DNA of 64,000 bases, taken from contig NIVC01000003.1 in the NCBI GenBank assembly GCA_002269645.1, positions 186,001 to 250,000 of the forward strand, read 5' to 3'. Below, piece by piece: positions 23,096 to 36,700 of this stretch. The notes under the pieces are model-generated. The model was not told where the DNA came from and made no database searches. It saw only the letters and a program-made list of their open reading frames with translations. Position numbers and translations under genes: made by a program. Numbering within the stretch: the first letter of the stretch is position 1; each line of letters starts with the position of its first letter. The stretch comes from Macrostomum lignano (lineage: Eukaryota).

Positions 23096-24764
23096 CATCC
23101 ACTACTGATGCTATACAGCGTGTGCAAAAAGAGAACCCCGCAACTCTTTCTCGCCTGGATGTTTTGCAGTGAATTCCTGAATACTTGATTAATCTCTCCA
23201 TTGGGCACGTCGTTTCGCGCATAGACTCTAACTCGGGCGTAACGTAATAAGTAGTTCATGCCCTACTATGAGTGTGTTACTATACTTAGGTGATCTACTA
23301 CATGTAGTAGGCCCAGGTCGCACCATGTCACAAATCAAAATATTTGTCTTGTAATTTCATCAGTTTAAAAACTATTCAAAAATAAGATGTAAGTATATGG
23401 ATTGATTTTTTTCTGATCGTTGAATACAAACTAAAAGGTTAAATCAGATTCTCGGATTTGGTAAAAACGGTAGAATAAGAAACAACAAATGCAGTACAGT
23501 TCTTGCAAATTCTTGGTCAAAGTTGATAGCAACAACATATACTTATCTTTATTATTTTCTTTTTTAGGTATTTATGCAATATTTTATTCGAAATAAATAG
23601 CATTTGTATTTGCATGGCATCAATATTTAAATGCCGTTTCAAACATCAATTTTACATGAAAATATATATTTGCCATTTTGTTTTTAAATAGAAGAAACGT
23701 GCTGGGCCGCTGACAACAGCATAATGATTTATTCTTATGGAGTATAATTAGGAAAAGAACCAGTTTATATGTTATACTACTTTCTAATAAAACATCAACT
23801 AGAATTATATATTTTTCTTATCTTTGAGCATTCTACTCAATACTTTTTTGTTGATTGACATACAGGGACATAGAAATGGGCCATAGACCAGCACCAATAC
23901 ATAATTCCTATTTACCCAAACTCAAATCTCATATATTATTATAACACAAGTTATTTTAATATTTTAGCTTAGCATATGAGTTTACTATATTGCAAGGTTA
24001 TTATTAATATTAGTATTTAAACTGTCTTTAAAATGCTTCAATAGAAATAAGTTGCATTAGTATCAGTTTGGCAAGACATTATTGTTTTAATATTATTTGG
24101 TAATATCATATGGGAATGCAAAAGGCTTGCATTCAGATAACCAAAAATATCCAAGAAAGCAAATGCTTTTTAGTGCAGTTATGTTAATATACTATTCTCA
24201 TGTTGAATGGTCAAGATATTATAGTAACATTAACCATGGTATCACACTAGCCATTGCCCAAAGTCATCGCAATGCATGCCAATATTTTATTCAAATCAAA
24301 TCAAATCATTCCAAAAATTCTATTGTAAATTATATCTTCTAGAATGTGGTTAATGCAATGGCAATAAAACTTTTTTAGTATCATTGTTTTATATTATCAA
24401 TGTTAGTTTAGACAAAATGAATCCATATTAAAAAGCTATAGATACAACTAAAGCAGTGGTTTTTTCTAGAATTTCTATTATTTGCAAATGTAATTTCCTG
24501 AGTTCTTAAGCAATCTTTAGGATTTATCTTCTTGATATATCATTTGTATATCTATATTATTAGATAAAAAAATATTTGAACTTGATTATCTAGCTTAAGA
24601 AATGTTTCCTCTAAATTAAATGGGCCCTTTTGATATTATTTCAAAAACTATAATTTGCTTTTTTTGTATTTGTAATTGAGTAGAAAAGGAAAGCAATGTT
24701 TACAAAATACTAACTAGCTAATGCTAAATTTTTATTCATATTTTTTATTCCAGTGCTAATAGCA

Positions 24765-27700
24765 ATGTTAAAGTTTGAAACAAAAAAGGATGAGCATGGA
24801 AAGCCAAAGATCACATTTCAAGTTGGTAAGTTTTTGAGTTTTATATTAATGGTCAGTTTTAAATTTCTTTTTCTGTGCTGTTAGTTGCTGAAGTAAGCCT
24901 TTATTAAAAATACTCACAGAGGAGCCACCAGTGGCCAAGCGGCGTCCTGTGAACTACAAGACCAGGGAGCAGCCGTACCCGCTTCGGCCTGCTGCGCCAG
25001 CTGCAACTGATGGCCAGCAGCAGCAGCAACAGCAACCGAAGCAGAATCTGCAACAGCAGCAAAAGCCTCAGTTGCAAAGCCAACAACAAAAGCCACAACA
25101 GCAGCAGCAGCAGCAGTCACAGAAGCAGCAGCAACCGCAGAAGCATCAGACCCAGCAGAGCTCAGGCGGAGTCCTCACGGACACCCAGCTAAAAGCCATC
25201 ATTGATTCCGTGGAGAAGCTCACCTCAACTGGCGATCGCGACGTCAAAATTGAATTCGGTGAGTTGGGAATTTCAACCAGTCATGTTAAACAGCCAGCGT
25301 ACCGGAATTCTAAAAGGCTATGACAACCCCGTCATTCAACTCATTGGCTGCTTGCGACGCCCCCAAGGTGAGCTTTGCGATTCACCCCGCTGTGATTGGG
25401 CAGCAGCTCTAAGACGCCATTGTCTAAATTTCAAACATCACGGACTGTCTAAACGCTGATCAATGATCTGAGCCGAGCACACATGGCACGGACTGTGCTC
25501 CGGAATCATCCAGGAAAGTCGAATAGGCGGGGGCAAGAATGAAAATCAGATTAAGCCAACAAAATAAACGCTAGAATAACAGCCAAATCGATAAAAAAGT
25601 GGGATTAATTGAGCTATAAAATATTGAAAACTTCTGACCGCTACTCCCGCAGACGGCGCGCACAATCGAGTGAAAATCGAAGGCCGCGTGCACCGCTGGG
25701 ACGAGGAGCCTCCAGCGGTGAGAGGCGGCGCGGACTTGTCCAATGAAAAGGCGAAACGGCAGACCGACGCGGATGACGCGGACAGCGCCATCGGCCGGGA
25801 CTCGGATGTCGATGAGCCGCCGCCGCCTCCCAGACAGTCGAAGCGGCAGTCGCAGGCTCAGCCAAGGAGGCCGGCAGCTGCGGCAAAAGACGGCAAGGGC
25901 CGCAAGACCCCGGCGGCAGGCGAGTCCATCCTCGGCCTGCTGCCGAAAACTGCCGGCGCCGCGGCTGACGGCGCGCAAGCAACCGCAAAGCCGCGCCGTC
26001 CGGCCGCCGCTAATGCAGCGGCAGCGAAAAGTTCTCCGGCAAAAGTGCAGAAGCGTCAGGGTCGCCAGACGGAAGCGGCGGCGGCTGCGGCAGCCGCGGC
26101 GGCAGCGTCGGACTCCGTGGACGCCAGGATGCAGCGCCTGATTGACGAAAACATCGACAAGATGAGCGAGGACGCCCTCGTCGACCTGCTGGCAAAGGCC
26201 TTCGAAGAGGAGAAACGCCGACTGCTTGGCGACGATGTCGAGGAGGCCACTAAAACCAGCGGCGGCGGTCGGCAGCCGAAACAGCAGAAAGAGAAACCAG
26301 CGGAGGCCGTCCCGGCAAAGCGGCCGGAGTCTCCGCCTCCGCCAGCCCCGCAGGCGGTGCCGCCACCACCGCAAAGCAAGGCGGAGCTGAAAAAGCTGCA
26401 GTGGGCTCGGGAGCGCGCTGAGCTGCAGCGGCTGGGTGGCCACTATGACCCCTGGGGCCGGCCCGGCGGTGGCGCCCCACCCGCCATGCTGCAGACTGCT
26501 GCAGCCACGCCGCAACCCCTGCCGCAGCAGTCCCAGCGCCAGCAGCAGCTTCAGGAGCAGCCGCAGCCTCCAACTCAACAGTCTCTGACTGCACCACCAG
26601 CGGCCATCCGGAGCTCCTTTGTTGTTGGCGAATTGGCGCCCAACGATGGTCGCTTCGACGATCAGCGCGAGGCCGAACGGCGCCAGTGGCTGCGCGAGCT
26701 GGACGAGCAGCGCGAGCGGGAGCGCGAACAGCGCGCCACTGGGCGCGGAGGCGGCGCGCCTGCGGGAAATCCGCTGCTGCTGCCAGGTAAAACAGGGAGC
26801 CGACCCACTGCGGGAGACTGATGGAGCGGGATCCCCTGACTGGAGATTGGGAAGGGGAGCGGGATCCCCTGACTGGAGATTGGGAAGGGAAGCGGGATCC
26901 CCTGACTGGAGATTAGGAAGGGGATCGGGATCCCCTGACTGGAGATTGGGAAGGGGATCGGGATCCCCTGACTGGAGATTGGGAAGGGGAGCGGGATCCC
27001 CTGACTGGATTTTGCTTGAGGTTATTTATGACGTCATAATCCGCCCTCCCCTCCCTTCCCCACAGCCGAGCAGCCGCATGCAGCCGCCACCACCGTCAGC
27101 TTCGAGCGCGGCCGCGGTTTCGCCGCCACAGACGATGCCACGCTGCGCGAGGCGGACGCCCGCCGGCGCCGCGAGCTGGAGTACCAGGACGCCGTGCGCG
27201 CCCAAGTTGAAGAGAAGCGGCGCCTCCAGGCGACAGAAAGGCAGCGCCGCCAGCTTGAGGATATCGAAGCTGAGCGGAAGTTCAAGGAGGACCAAGAGCA
27301 GTCAAGGCAGCAGCAGCCAGCGACTCACCGGTCCGCCTTGCCGCCGCCACCGCAGCCGCTGGGCTCCACCGACCTCGGCGCTGGGGGTTTCGGCGGAGCG
27401 GCGCCCGGGGAGACGCAGCGAGAAGCGGACATGCGCAGATCGCTGATGTTGGCGGAGGAGAGTGCCAAGTAAGAGCAGGGAGAGTGCCAAGTAAGAGCAG
27501 GGAGAGTGCCAAGTAAGAGCAGGGAGAGTGTCAAGTAAGATCTGGGAGTGCCAAGTAAGATCCTGAAGTGCCAAGTAAGATCTGGGAGTGCCAAGTAAGA
27601 TCCCGAAGTGCCAAGTAAGATCCCGGAGTGCCAAGTAAGATCCCGGAGTGCCAAGTAAGATCCCGAAGTGCCAAGTAAGATCCCGGAGTGCCAAGTAAGA

Positions 27701-30700
27701 TACCGGGGTGCCAAGTAAGATCCCGGAATTATCTCGCGCAGGCTCGAGAAGCTGCTGGCCCGCATCCAGAAGCTAGACGCTGGCGGCCACGACACCAGCA
27801 ACCTGCGCCGGGGCCTGCTGGCCGAGTACAGCTCGCCCCGCTTCTTGGGGATGCTGGAGTCTGCCGGCCTACTGCACCACCAGCAGCAGCAGCCGCCGCC
27901 ACAGTTCAGAGCCGGCAGCCCGCCGTACCCTGCCGTGCCGTCCCTGGCACTCGGCGGCCTGGGTCTGGCCGGGGCACCCAACGAATCCCAGCAGCAGCGC
28001 CGAGTCCTTAGCGACGAGGCCTTGCCAACCTCGCATCGCAGTGTAGAGCACGCGGTTCAGACAGACGAGTCCACGCTGAGGCAGATCCGCCTGGCGCAGC
28101 AGCAGCAGCAGCAACGTCGGCTGCAACAACTGCAGAAACAGCAGCAGCAGAAGCAGCAAAGGAGCCAGCGGCAGCAACAGCAGCAGCGCCAGCACAGAGA
28201 CTGGGAGGCTCAGGACAGCCATCGGAAGGCGCACGAGCGGCGGTCAGCGGAAGCACGCAGGCGGCTGGTTAGTGATGCCAGATCAACTTTTTCTAGCTTA
28301 GAAACCGACAATCAAGAGCATCAATGTGTCTGATATGAAATTTTCCATCGTATTTCACTTTGCTTTGCTTTGCTACTCAATCCAGCTTATTAGTAGCATA
28401 TAGAGAGCGCCTACTGTCGAATATAAGAATACGGATACTTCACTCGCTTTGCTACTCAATCCAGCTTATAAGTAGCATATAGAGAGCGCCTACTGTCGAA
28501 TATAAGAATACGGATACTTCACTCGCTTTGCTACTCAATCCAGCTTATAAGTAGCATATAGAGAGCGCCTACTGTCGAATATAAGAATACGGATACTTCA
28601 CTCGCTTTGCTACTCAATCCAGCTTATAAGTAGCATATAGAGAGCGCCTACTGTCGAATATAAGAATACGGATACTTCACTCGCTTTGCTACTCAATCCA
28701 GCTTATAAGTAGCATATAGAGAGCGCCTACTGTCGAATATAAGAATACGGATACTTCACTCGCTTTGCTACTCAATCCAGCTTATAAGTAGCATATAGAG
28801 AGCGCCTACTGTCGAATATAAGAATACGGATACTTCACTCGCTTTGCTACTCAATCCAGCTTATTAGTAGCATATAGAGAGCGCCTACTGTCGAATATAA
28901 GAATACGGATACTTCACTCGCTTTGCTACTCAATCCAGCTTATAAGTAGCATATAGAGAGCGCCTACTGTCGAATATAAGAATACGGATACTTCACTCGC
29001 TTTGCTACTCAATCCAGCTTATAAGTAGCATATAGAGAGCGCCTACCAACCCGTCAACCCACGCCTGCATCTGTAGGAGGCGAAGCGGCAAAAGCAGCGC
29101 GCCGGCCGCCCGGTGCCCATCGCGGAGCGGCCGCCATGGGGCGTCAAGATGCCCTCGCGCGAGTTCATTCCGCAGAGCGAGCGCGACCCCCTTCCGGAGG
29201 CGCGGGAGCAGCGCCGTGAACGGCTGCGCCGGCGCCAGGCCGAACTGCTGGCGCAGGTCCGCGTGGGCGACTATGCGGCGCCGGCGGCCGCGACAGCGCC
29301 TGCGGGGGGCGGCGGTGCGGCCTCGCAGAGACGGCAGCCTGCAAGGGCGGAGCCGGCTGGGAAGTTTCGGCAGGTGAGTCGGACAGGGGATTTCGTTTGT
29401 TAGAGATTCCCTATGTTTGCTAGAGATTCCCTGTGTTTGCCAGAGATTCCCTGTGTTTGCCAGAGATTCCCTGTGTTTGTTAGAGATTCCCTGTGTTTGC
29501 CAGAGATTCCCTGTGTTTGCCAGAGATTCCCTGTGTTTGCCAGAGATTCCCTGTGTTTGCCAGAGATTCCCTGTGTTTGCCAGAGATTCCCTGTGTTTGC
29601 CAGAGATTCCCTGTGTTTGCCAGAGATTCCCTGTGTTTGCCAGAGATTCCCTGTGTTTGCCAGAGATTCCCTGTGTTTGCCAGAGATTCCCTGTGTTGCC
29701 AGAGATTTCCTGTGTTGCCAGAGATTCCCTGTTTGTTAGAGATTCCCTGTGTTTGCCAGAGATTCCCTGTGTTTGCCAGAGATTCCCTGTGTTTGCCAGA
29801 GATTCCCTGTGTTGCCAGAGATTCCCTGTTTGTTAGAGATTCCCTGTTTGCCAGAGATTCTTGTTTGCTGTGAGACTCTATAGGTGTATTTACACATCTG
29901 ACCTTGACTTATCCTGGACTCTCTTGTTGAAAAAGCGCTGATGGGAGAAAATAACTACAACAGGAATGCAAAAATCTGCTTAAGAAGTCGCAGAGTACCA
30001 GTCTGAGCAAAATTTCACACATAGCTACTGGCAGGTTTATTGTTTGCATATATTTACTTTTACGTTTCTGTTTTTCATTATTTAAGTCACGGGACCGGTT
30101 CAGGAAAAAGAGTCATTGCCTTAATCCACAGATGCGGACTCGATGAAATCACAGAATTAAATATGAAGCGCGATACCTGCATGTGCGACCAGGCGCATTA
30201 TTACTTTAACATTTATAGTTTTATGCAGAGCAGAAAATGCAACGCAAATCCTCAGGCACATAGCAACAGGTGTTTGCCTTGGATGCGGGCAATATTTAAT
30301 TGAGTATTAATAAAATTTCTTATTTGTACCAGCTAGGGCCACTGCATTATCCTGGGCTAGGAATCAGCTTGTACCAGCTTGGGCCGCTGTAATATCCTGG
30401 GCTAGGAATCAGCTTGTACCAGCTTGGGCCGCTGTAATATCCTGGGCTAGGAATCAGCTTGTACCAGCTTGGGCCGCTGTAATATCCTGGTCTAGGAATC
30501 AGCTTGTACCAGCTAGGGCCCCTGCAATATCCTGGTCTAGGGATCAGCTTGTACCAGCTAGGGCCCCTGCAATATCCTGGTCTAGGGATCAGCTTGTACC
30601 AGCTTGGGCCGCTGTAATATCCTGGGCTAGGAATCAGCTTGTACCAGCTAGGGCCCCTGCAATATCCTGGTCTAGGGATCAGCTTGTACCAGCTAGGGCC

Positions 30701-33700
30701 CCTGCAATATCCTGGGCTAGGGATCAGCTTGTACCAGCTAGGGCCCCTGCAATATCCTGGTCTAGGGATCAGCTTGTACCAGCTAGGGCCCCTGCAATAT
30801 CCTGGTCTAGGGATCAGCTTGTACCAGCTAGGGCCCCTGCAATATCCTGGTCTAGGGATCAGCTTGTACCAGCTTGGGCCGCTGTAATATCCTGGTCTAG
30901 GGATCAGCTTGTACCAGCTTGGGCCGCTGTAATATCCTGGTCTAGGGATCAGCTTGTACCAGCTAGGGCCCCTGCAATATCCTGTGCTAGGGATCAGGTT
31001 GTACCAGCTAGGGCCCCTGCATTATCCTGGGCTAGGGATCAGCTTGTACCAGCTAGGGCCCCTGCAATATCCTGGGCTAGGGATCAGCTTGTACCAGCTT
31101 GGGCCGCTGCAATATCCGGCCTGTGCTCGGGATCAGTACCAGATTAGTTTAATTTGTTTAATCTCTGATTGCTTTGAGAAAGTGCTTCTAAAACAAAAAA
31201 AATTACATAAATTTATGGCATTTTCATGTCACCGATAACCTGCAGTTATTAAGCTTGTATTCTGGCGCAGCAATCATGAAAGCATCCGGGAGGGGCGGGC
31301 AAGGGGCTCAAAACACGGGGATGCAATCGCGCGATACCCTGACCAGGTCGTCGTCCAGAGTCATGAGGCCCATGAAGGAGAAGAACAGGCTCATGGCCGA
31401 CAGGAAATGCCAGACGTCGTGTACGTCGTAGAAGTCGAACAGCAGGCAGCCCTGGTTGAGGGCCCGGGACTCGGACGGGCTCAGAGCCCAGTTGCTGGGC
31501 TGCTGCATGAAGAAGTACAGGCCCGCGCCCCAGGTCAAGCAGGAGAGGCCGATGAAGAATAGCGGCTGGAGGTGGATTCGCTCGCCGCTGCGAACTTTCA
31601 TTACAACATAGAATGCTGTGTACATCAGCAGGTTGACCAGGAATATGTACAGCAGGAAGCTGTTGAAGTCCCTCGGCCGGCTTATTGCGCCGTACACTGC
31701 GATTGTCCAGTTGATGAGGTTGGCAGCGGCCAGAATCGCCATGCGGTCCTTGTACATCGGCCTGAAGCACCCGATGCCCTGGCTGGTCATCAGCAGGTAG
31801 AACCGCCTGGCCAGGCCGACGTCCACCTTCCAGTGGCCCATGTAATACACCTCTCCTGCGGGGTGGGTGGGAAGAGGCGGAGCTGGGGTAAGCTGTTAGT
31901 GACCCTGGAGGGTCTGGGTGCCTCTGTGACCCTGGAGGGTCTGGGTGCCTCTGTGACCCTGGAGTATCTGGGTGCCTCTGTGACCCTGGAATATCTGGGT
32001 GCCTCTGTGACCCTGGAGGGTCTGGGTGCCTGTATGACCCTGGAGGGTCTGGGTGCCTCTGTGACCCTGGAGTATCTGAGTGCCTCTGTGACCCTGGAGG
32101 ATTTGGGTGCCTCTGTGACCTTGGAGGAACTGGGTGCCTCTGTGACCCTGGAGGATCTGGGTGCCTCTGTGACCCTGGAGAATTTGGGTGCCTCTGTGAC
32201 GCTGGAGGGTCTAGGTACCTCTGTGACCCTGGAGGACCTGGGTACCTCTGTGACACTGGATTACATTGACACTGATTGACACTGTGCACCACGTGATCCC
32301 CCTACTGGATCGGTTTAATTAAAGAATTTCCCACAGTTAATTTTGTATCTAGTTTAACTATAGTATATTGTTACTCATACTTTACTTAGAAGCACTAAAT
32401 AGTTGAGCATGCTCTTTGAGTGGTCTCCCTTTTCTGTCCTTCCCGTTCTCTCCCCCACTCTTAGTTCCGGAGTCTCTGATCTGCCCCTCGGATTTGAGTC
32501 AGACGGTCCCGCACGCACTGGATTCTGCTCACGCGCTGGAGTCCCGAGAGTTGCAGATACTGCATACTCCTCTGTCCAAGACTGGGGACTGGGCTGTGCC
32601 GCGTGCAACTTTTCATTATCGATTGGATTTGCCGATTGGGGAGTGCGGGACGCGCGCTCGCTGAATGGAGCTCACTCTGCCGCTCTCTCCGCTCCGCCAG
32701 GCCCTGTGTAATCAGCACACGCGCAGCTGCTGTCCCTATCCACTATAATTGTAGCTAATTCTGTATATGTAGCTAAAACAGAGGAAGCAATAGCAGCTCT
32801 GAGATATAGTTGGACCTGATTGTACTGCTTGGTCTCCTCCCTCCCTCCGCTGCGCTTCTGCTCTCTCTTCCGTTCCTCTCTCCTAGAAGCCGTGTGCGAA
32901 AGCAGTTCTCGTTATATTTGAATTCGTTGCACTTCGTTACTGGCTGTGTTTTATTTGAAGGATTTTGGACTACTGGCTTGTTGGCATTGGGACATAATAA
33001 TAGTAATTATTTTAATAATAATACTAATATAATAATATAATAATTGAGCACACCCGCCCCAATTGGACCAGATGTGCAACCGACAGCTCAGCCGCAGCTA
33101 TTGCGCGGTGCATCTGAAGGCTGCGTACGGCTGTTCAGTCCAAGGACTGGGGGGTCGCCACACACACCCTCAATTACCATAGCTAATGCTGGCACCCATT
33201 TTACAGCTGGGTGAACTGAAGCAATGCAGGGTTAAGTGTCTTGCTCAAGGACACAAATTGTTCCGAGTGGGTCGAGAAATCGCTTTAACCACTAGGCTAA
33301 ACCTCCAATTACGAGTATTAATGATCAACTATCGGGATATACATAAATAATTATGGTACACCTTTGTGCCATTTTGATTTGTTTGGGAAATTTGTGCCAA
33401 ATGAGATTTAGAATTTTGACTGAAAGAAATCCAGGCTTTAGTTTTAAAAATCTATGCAGCTCACCTGTGACAAAGAGACTCGACAATATGAAGAAGATTG
33501 TGAAAGCTATCCAGAAGAAGCTGGTCCCGTACACGACGCCCACCACGCTGACGAAGATGACTATGGCCATGGCCATGTAGCCAACGTGGGCCGACGCGTT
33601 GATGTCCGGGTGCCTGGTCTGGTAGATCTTCAGCATGCACAGCACCGCCAGCACGTACATGTAGGCCGTGTCGAACTGGAAGTTTGAGTAGCTCGGACAG

Positions 33701-36700
33701 ACGTGGTAGCAGCCGGACATGATGCCCTCCATGATCAGCGCGATGCCCATGGCGTAGAAGATGCCAAAGTGCTGCGGGATGCCTCTGTTGTCCTCGCGGT
33801 CTCCCAGCAGAGCCCGCCGTCGCTTATTGATGAGATCGCGCCGCCTGGTGAGGCCGAGGAACAGCAGGCCCAGGGCCACGTAGCCGATGTTGGAGAAGAC
33901 GTTGTTGAAAGCCGAGATCACGCCAAGCGGCCGGGCGCAATAGAAGTTGTAGTAGCAGATGTCCTGGTTGCCGCTGATGCGCAGGATCTGCTGGTAGGTG
34001 ATGACCAGCTGCACTACTGGCAGACCGTAGAATATGCTGATGATGATGAGGTACCAATAGTACAGCCGGTACTTGTTGCGCAGCAGAGCCGGCCGTTTCT
34101 GGCACAGGTCAGCCAGGTAGAGACGTCGCGGTCGGCCCTCTTCGTCAGCAGCGGCCGCTGCGGCTGCTGCTTGCGCTGCCGCTGCTGCTGCTTTGTTGAA
34201 CTCGGCCATGATTGGCTGGCGGGCCTCCGCCTCTTCCCCAGGGCTGCTCAATTCCTCTTCGTCGAGGTCGGCGCTTTCATCGCGGCCGCCGCTGCCAAGC
34301 TGCTTTTTGCTGGTTGTCATAGGAACCGCCTGCATAGCGTATTTATGTCGCCATTGCTCATGACTGTGCGTTGGTGGTGACTGCGGCAGCGGCCGCCAAG
34401 TGCCGACGGTGGCGCTGTAATCGGCACACCCGTCGTCTTCAGCCTCATCGGCACCGCAGTTTAACCGGTCGCAGCTTTCGGAGTCTTCCGACAGCTCGCT
34501 TTGGTCACCGCTTGATCGGGCCTCTAAACGCTGCTGTGCGTAGATGACGACTGCAGCGAGAATGTGGAAGCAGGCAAAGAAGGCAACCGCACCGAACACT
34601 GGCAGGTAGTACTGGCTGTTGTCCAGCGACACGCTGACTCGGAATTTGAACGCCTTGCTGGTCGGGCCGGCTGAGACAGCGCCCAGTGCCCCAGTAACTG
34701 CGGCGGCTGTTGTCACAGTGGCCGCTGCTGATAGTGTTGTGGCTGTAGTTGCTATGGGCGGCTTGATCTTGTAGACATCTGCCATAACCCTCGGCTGCAG
34801 GTCGTTGAGCCGCGTGAAGCTGCAGTGCTCGCTGGACGGCTTGAGCACAAACACGATGTAGAAACTGTCACCGTTGATGCTGCTTCTCTCCACCGTGAGC
34901 TCCGCTCGAGTTGACATTGTCTGGTACTCGCCAGCGAACTCCACATTACGCACCAGGTCGTAGACCGGGCAGTTAACCGACTGCGCGCTCATAATCATGC
35001 AGTCGGGCTTGTCGGACTCCGCCGATATGGAGAGTCGTCGGGCCCCGTCAGGGAATACCGCCTTGAAGTACTTCGGCCTTGATGGCGTGATGGTCTGGTG
35101 GTAAGTTCGATCAATCTGCAGCTGAAACTCTCGTACAAGCGTCACGTTAAGCGTGAATTCCACTGGCCGCTCGCTCGCTGTTGATACGTCGATGTAGATG
35201 GTCTGGTTCTTGTCCACTGTGCCCTTGGACGCGTACTCCACCGGGCAGAGCGTACGCGACACATCCGAGTAGCGTCGATCACCGTCCAGAATCTCCGGCA
35301 CCTGGAAGGACAGGATCGACCGCTGCTGCCTGACAACAAACAGCACCGGATACTCCCGGCTGGCGCTGGGGCTGGCCACCTGCAGCCTCACCGCCTGCGT
35401 CAGATTGGCCTTCTCCACGAAGCTGTACAAGTACAGATAGTTCGCCCAGTTGCTGGCGGCGCCGCGGTGGACGCTTTCGAACTGGCCGCCAATCTGACGC
35501 ACTGTCGGCAGCAGCTGGCAGCTGGCGACTGTCAGCAGCAGCGGCCAGAGGCATCGACAGGCCAGCATTGTCAAGTGGCTGATAGCCCGCGAGGCTCCTG
35601 TTCCGCGAAATTTCTGTAGTCTGAGCGACAGCGCTCTACTTCCTTTTCTAGGCTGCCTTCGCGTCTCCTCTGTTCTCTCCGCTATAAAGGCCAGTCTATT
35701 GGCCAGGCGCTCTGGTTCCCTAGCGCTGTCCTAGTTGAGTTGCACATTTATTTTTGTGCAAGTTTTGTCCCCGCATGGCGTTTTTGTTTGCCCAACTAAA
35801 AACTCTTGGGCACTCGTGCGGTCTCCACCCCTCCTCCCTCTCTCAAGCTCAAACTCAAGCATTATTCTGATCTGAGCTACGAGTCGCTTACAAAGCAACG
35901 TACGTATCGTATCGGAAATGTACGCAGATCAGTAAATCTGTCAGTCTAGCTAGTGCCCAAAACTCAGAGTACGTTGATTGAGTTGCTCTGTTTATATCGT
36001 AGGTGCACTGGAGCGAAGAAATCGATCCGTCATTTTCCTATCGCAGTTGTGCATTTTTTGTTGGGTTTGATACTCCTAAATGTAAAAGTATGTAAAATTC
36101 TATGCACGTACTAAAAGAGTGTCTCTCTGAAGTGTGACTACTCTGTAGGCGCTTACATTGATGTCACATGAGGCTTTTTTGTACATTGTGTTTGTTAGCC
36201 AAATAAATGGTTTGAAAATACGAGTATAAGACGTACAACTCTTGGGTTTTATATAAAGGTGAACGGACCTTGGCACATTATTATTATACCCAGCTCATGA
36301 ACTTCTTTAAAATTCATATAGCGCTGGCTTATCAAATCTACCCTGATTATCTCTTACCACCGCGTTAATCGTATCATAAAGTTTTTGGCCTCAATGCGTC
36401 CATTTAATCCCGGGTCATGGCCTCAATACGGTAATCTAATCCCGGGTCGTGACCTCAATGCGGTAATCTAATCCCGGGTCATGACCTCAGTGCGTCAATC
36501 TAATCCCGGGTCCTGACCTCAATGCGGTAATCTAATCCCGGGTCATGACCTCAGTGCGTCAATCTAATCCCGGGTCATGACCTCAGTGCGTCAATCTAAT
36601 CCCGGGTCATGACCTCAGTGCGTCAATCTAATCCCGGGTCATGACCTCAGTGCGTCAATCTAATCCCGGGTCATGACCTCAGTGCGTCAATCTAATCCCG

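Noticed and set aside
23295-23310. Perfect palindrome CTACTACATGTAGTAG as a Helitron 3' hairpin
   Set aside because: No CTRR at the expected spacing, no 5' TC end found, and TACATGTA motifs recur elsewhere in the window.
23860-24310. Alternative genetic code or NUMT gene in the AT-rich island
   Set aside because: Frames contain TAA, TAG and TGA alike, and I recognised no mitochondrial or other protein.
25571-26578. 335-aa minus-strand ORF and similar overlaps on pol, SID-1 and EAAT
   Set aside because: Antisense shadows of GC-rich, codon-biased exons.
28366-29046. CRISPR-like appearance of hairpin-containing repeats
   Set aside because: Units are contiguous with no unique spacers, there are no cas genes, and the context is eukaryotic.
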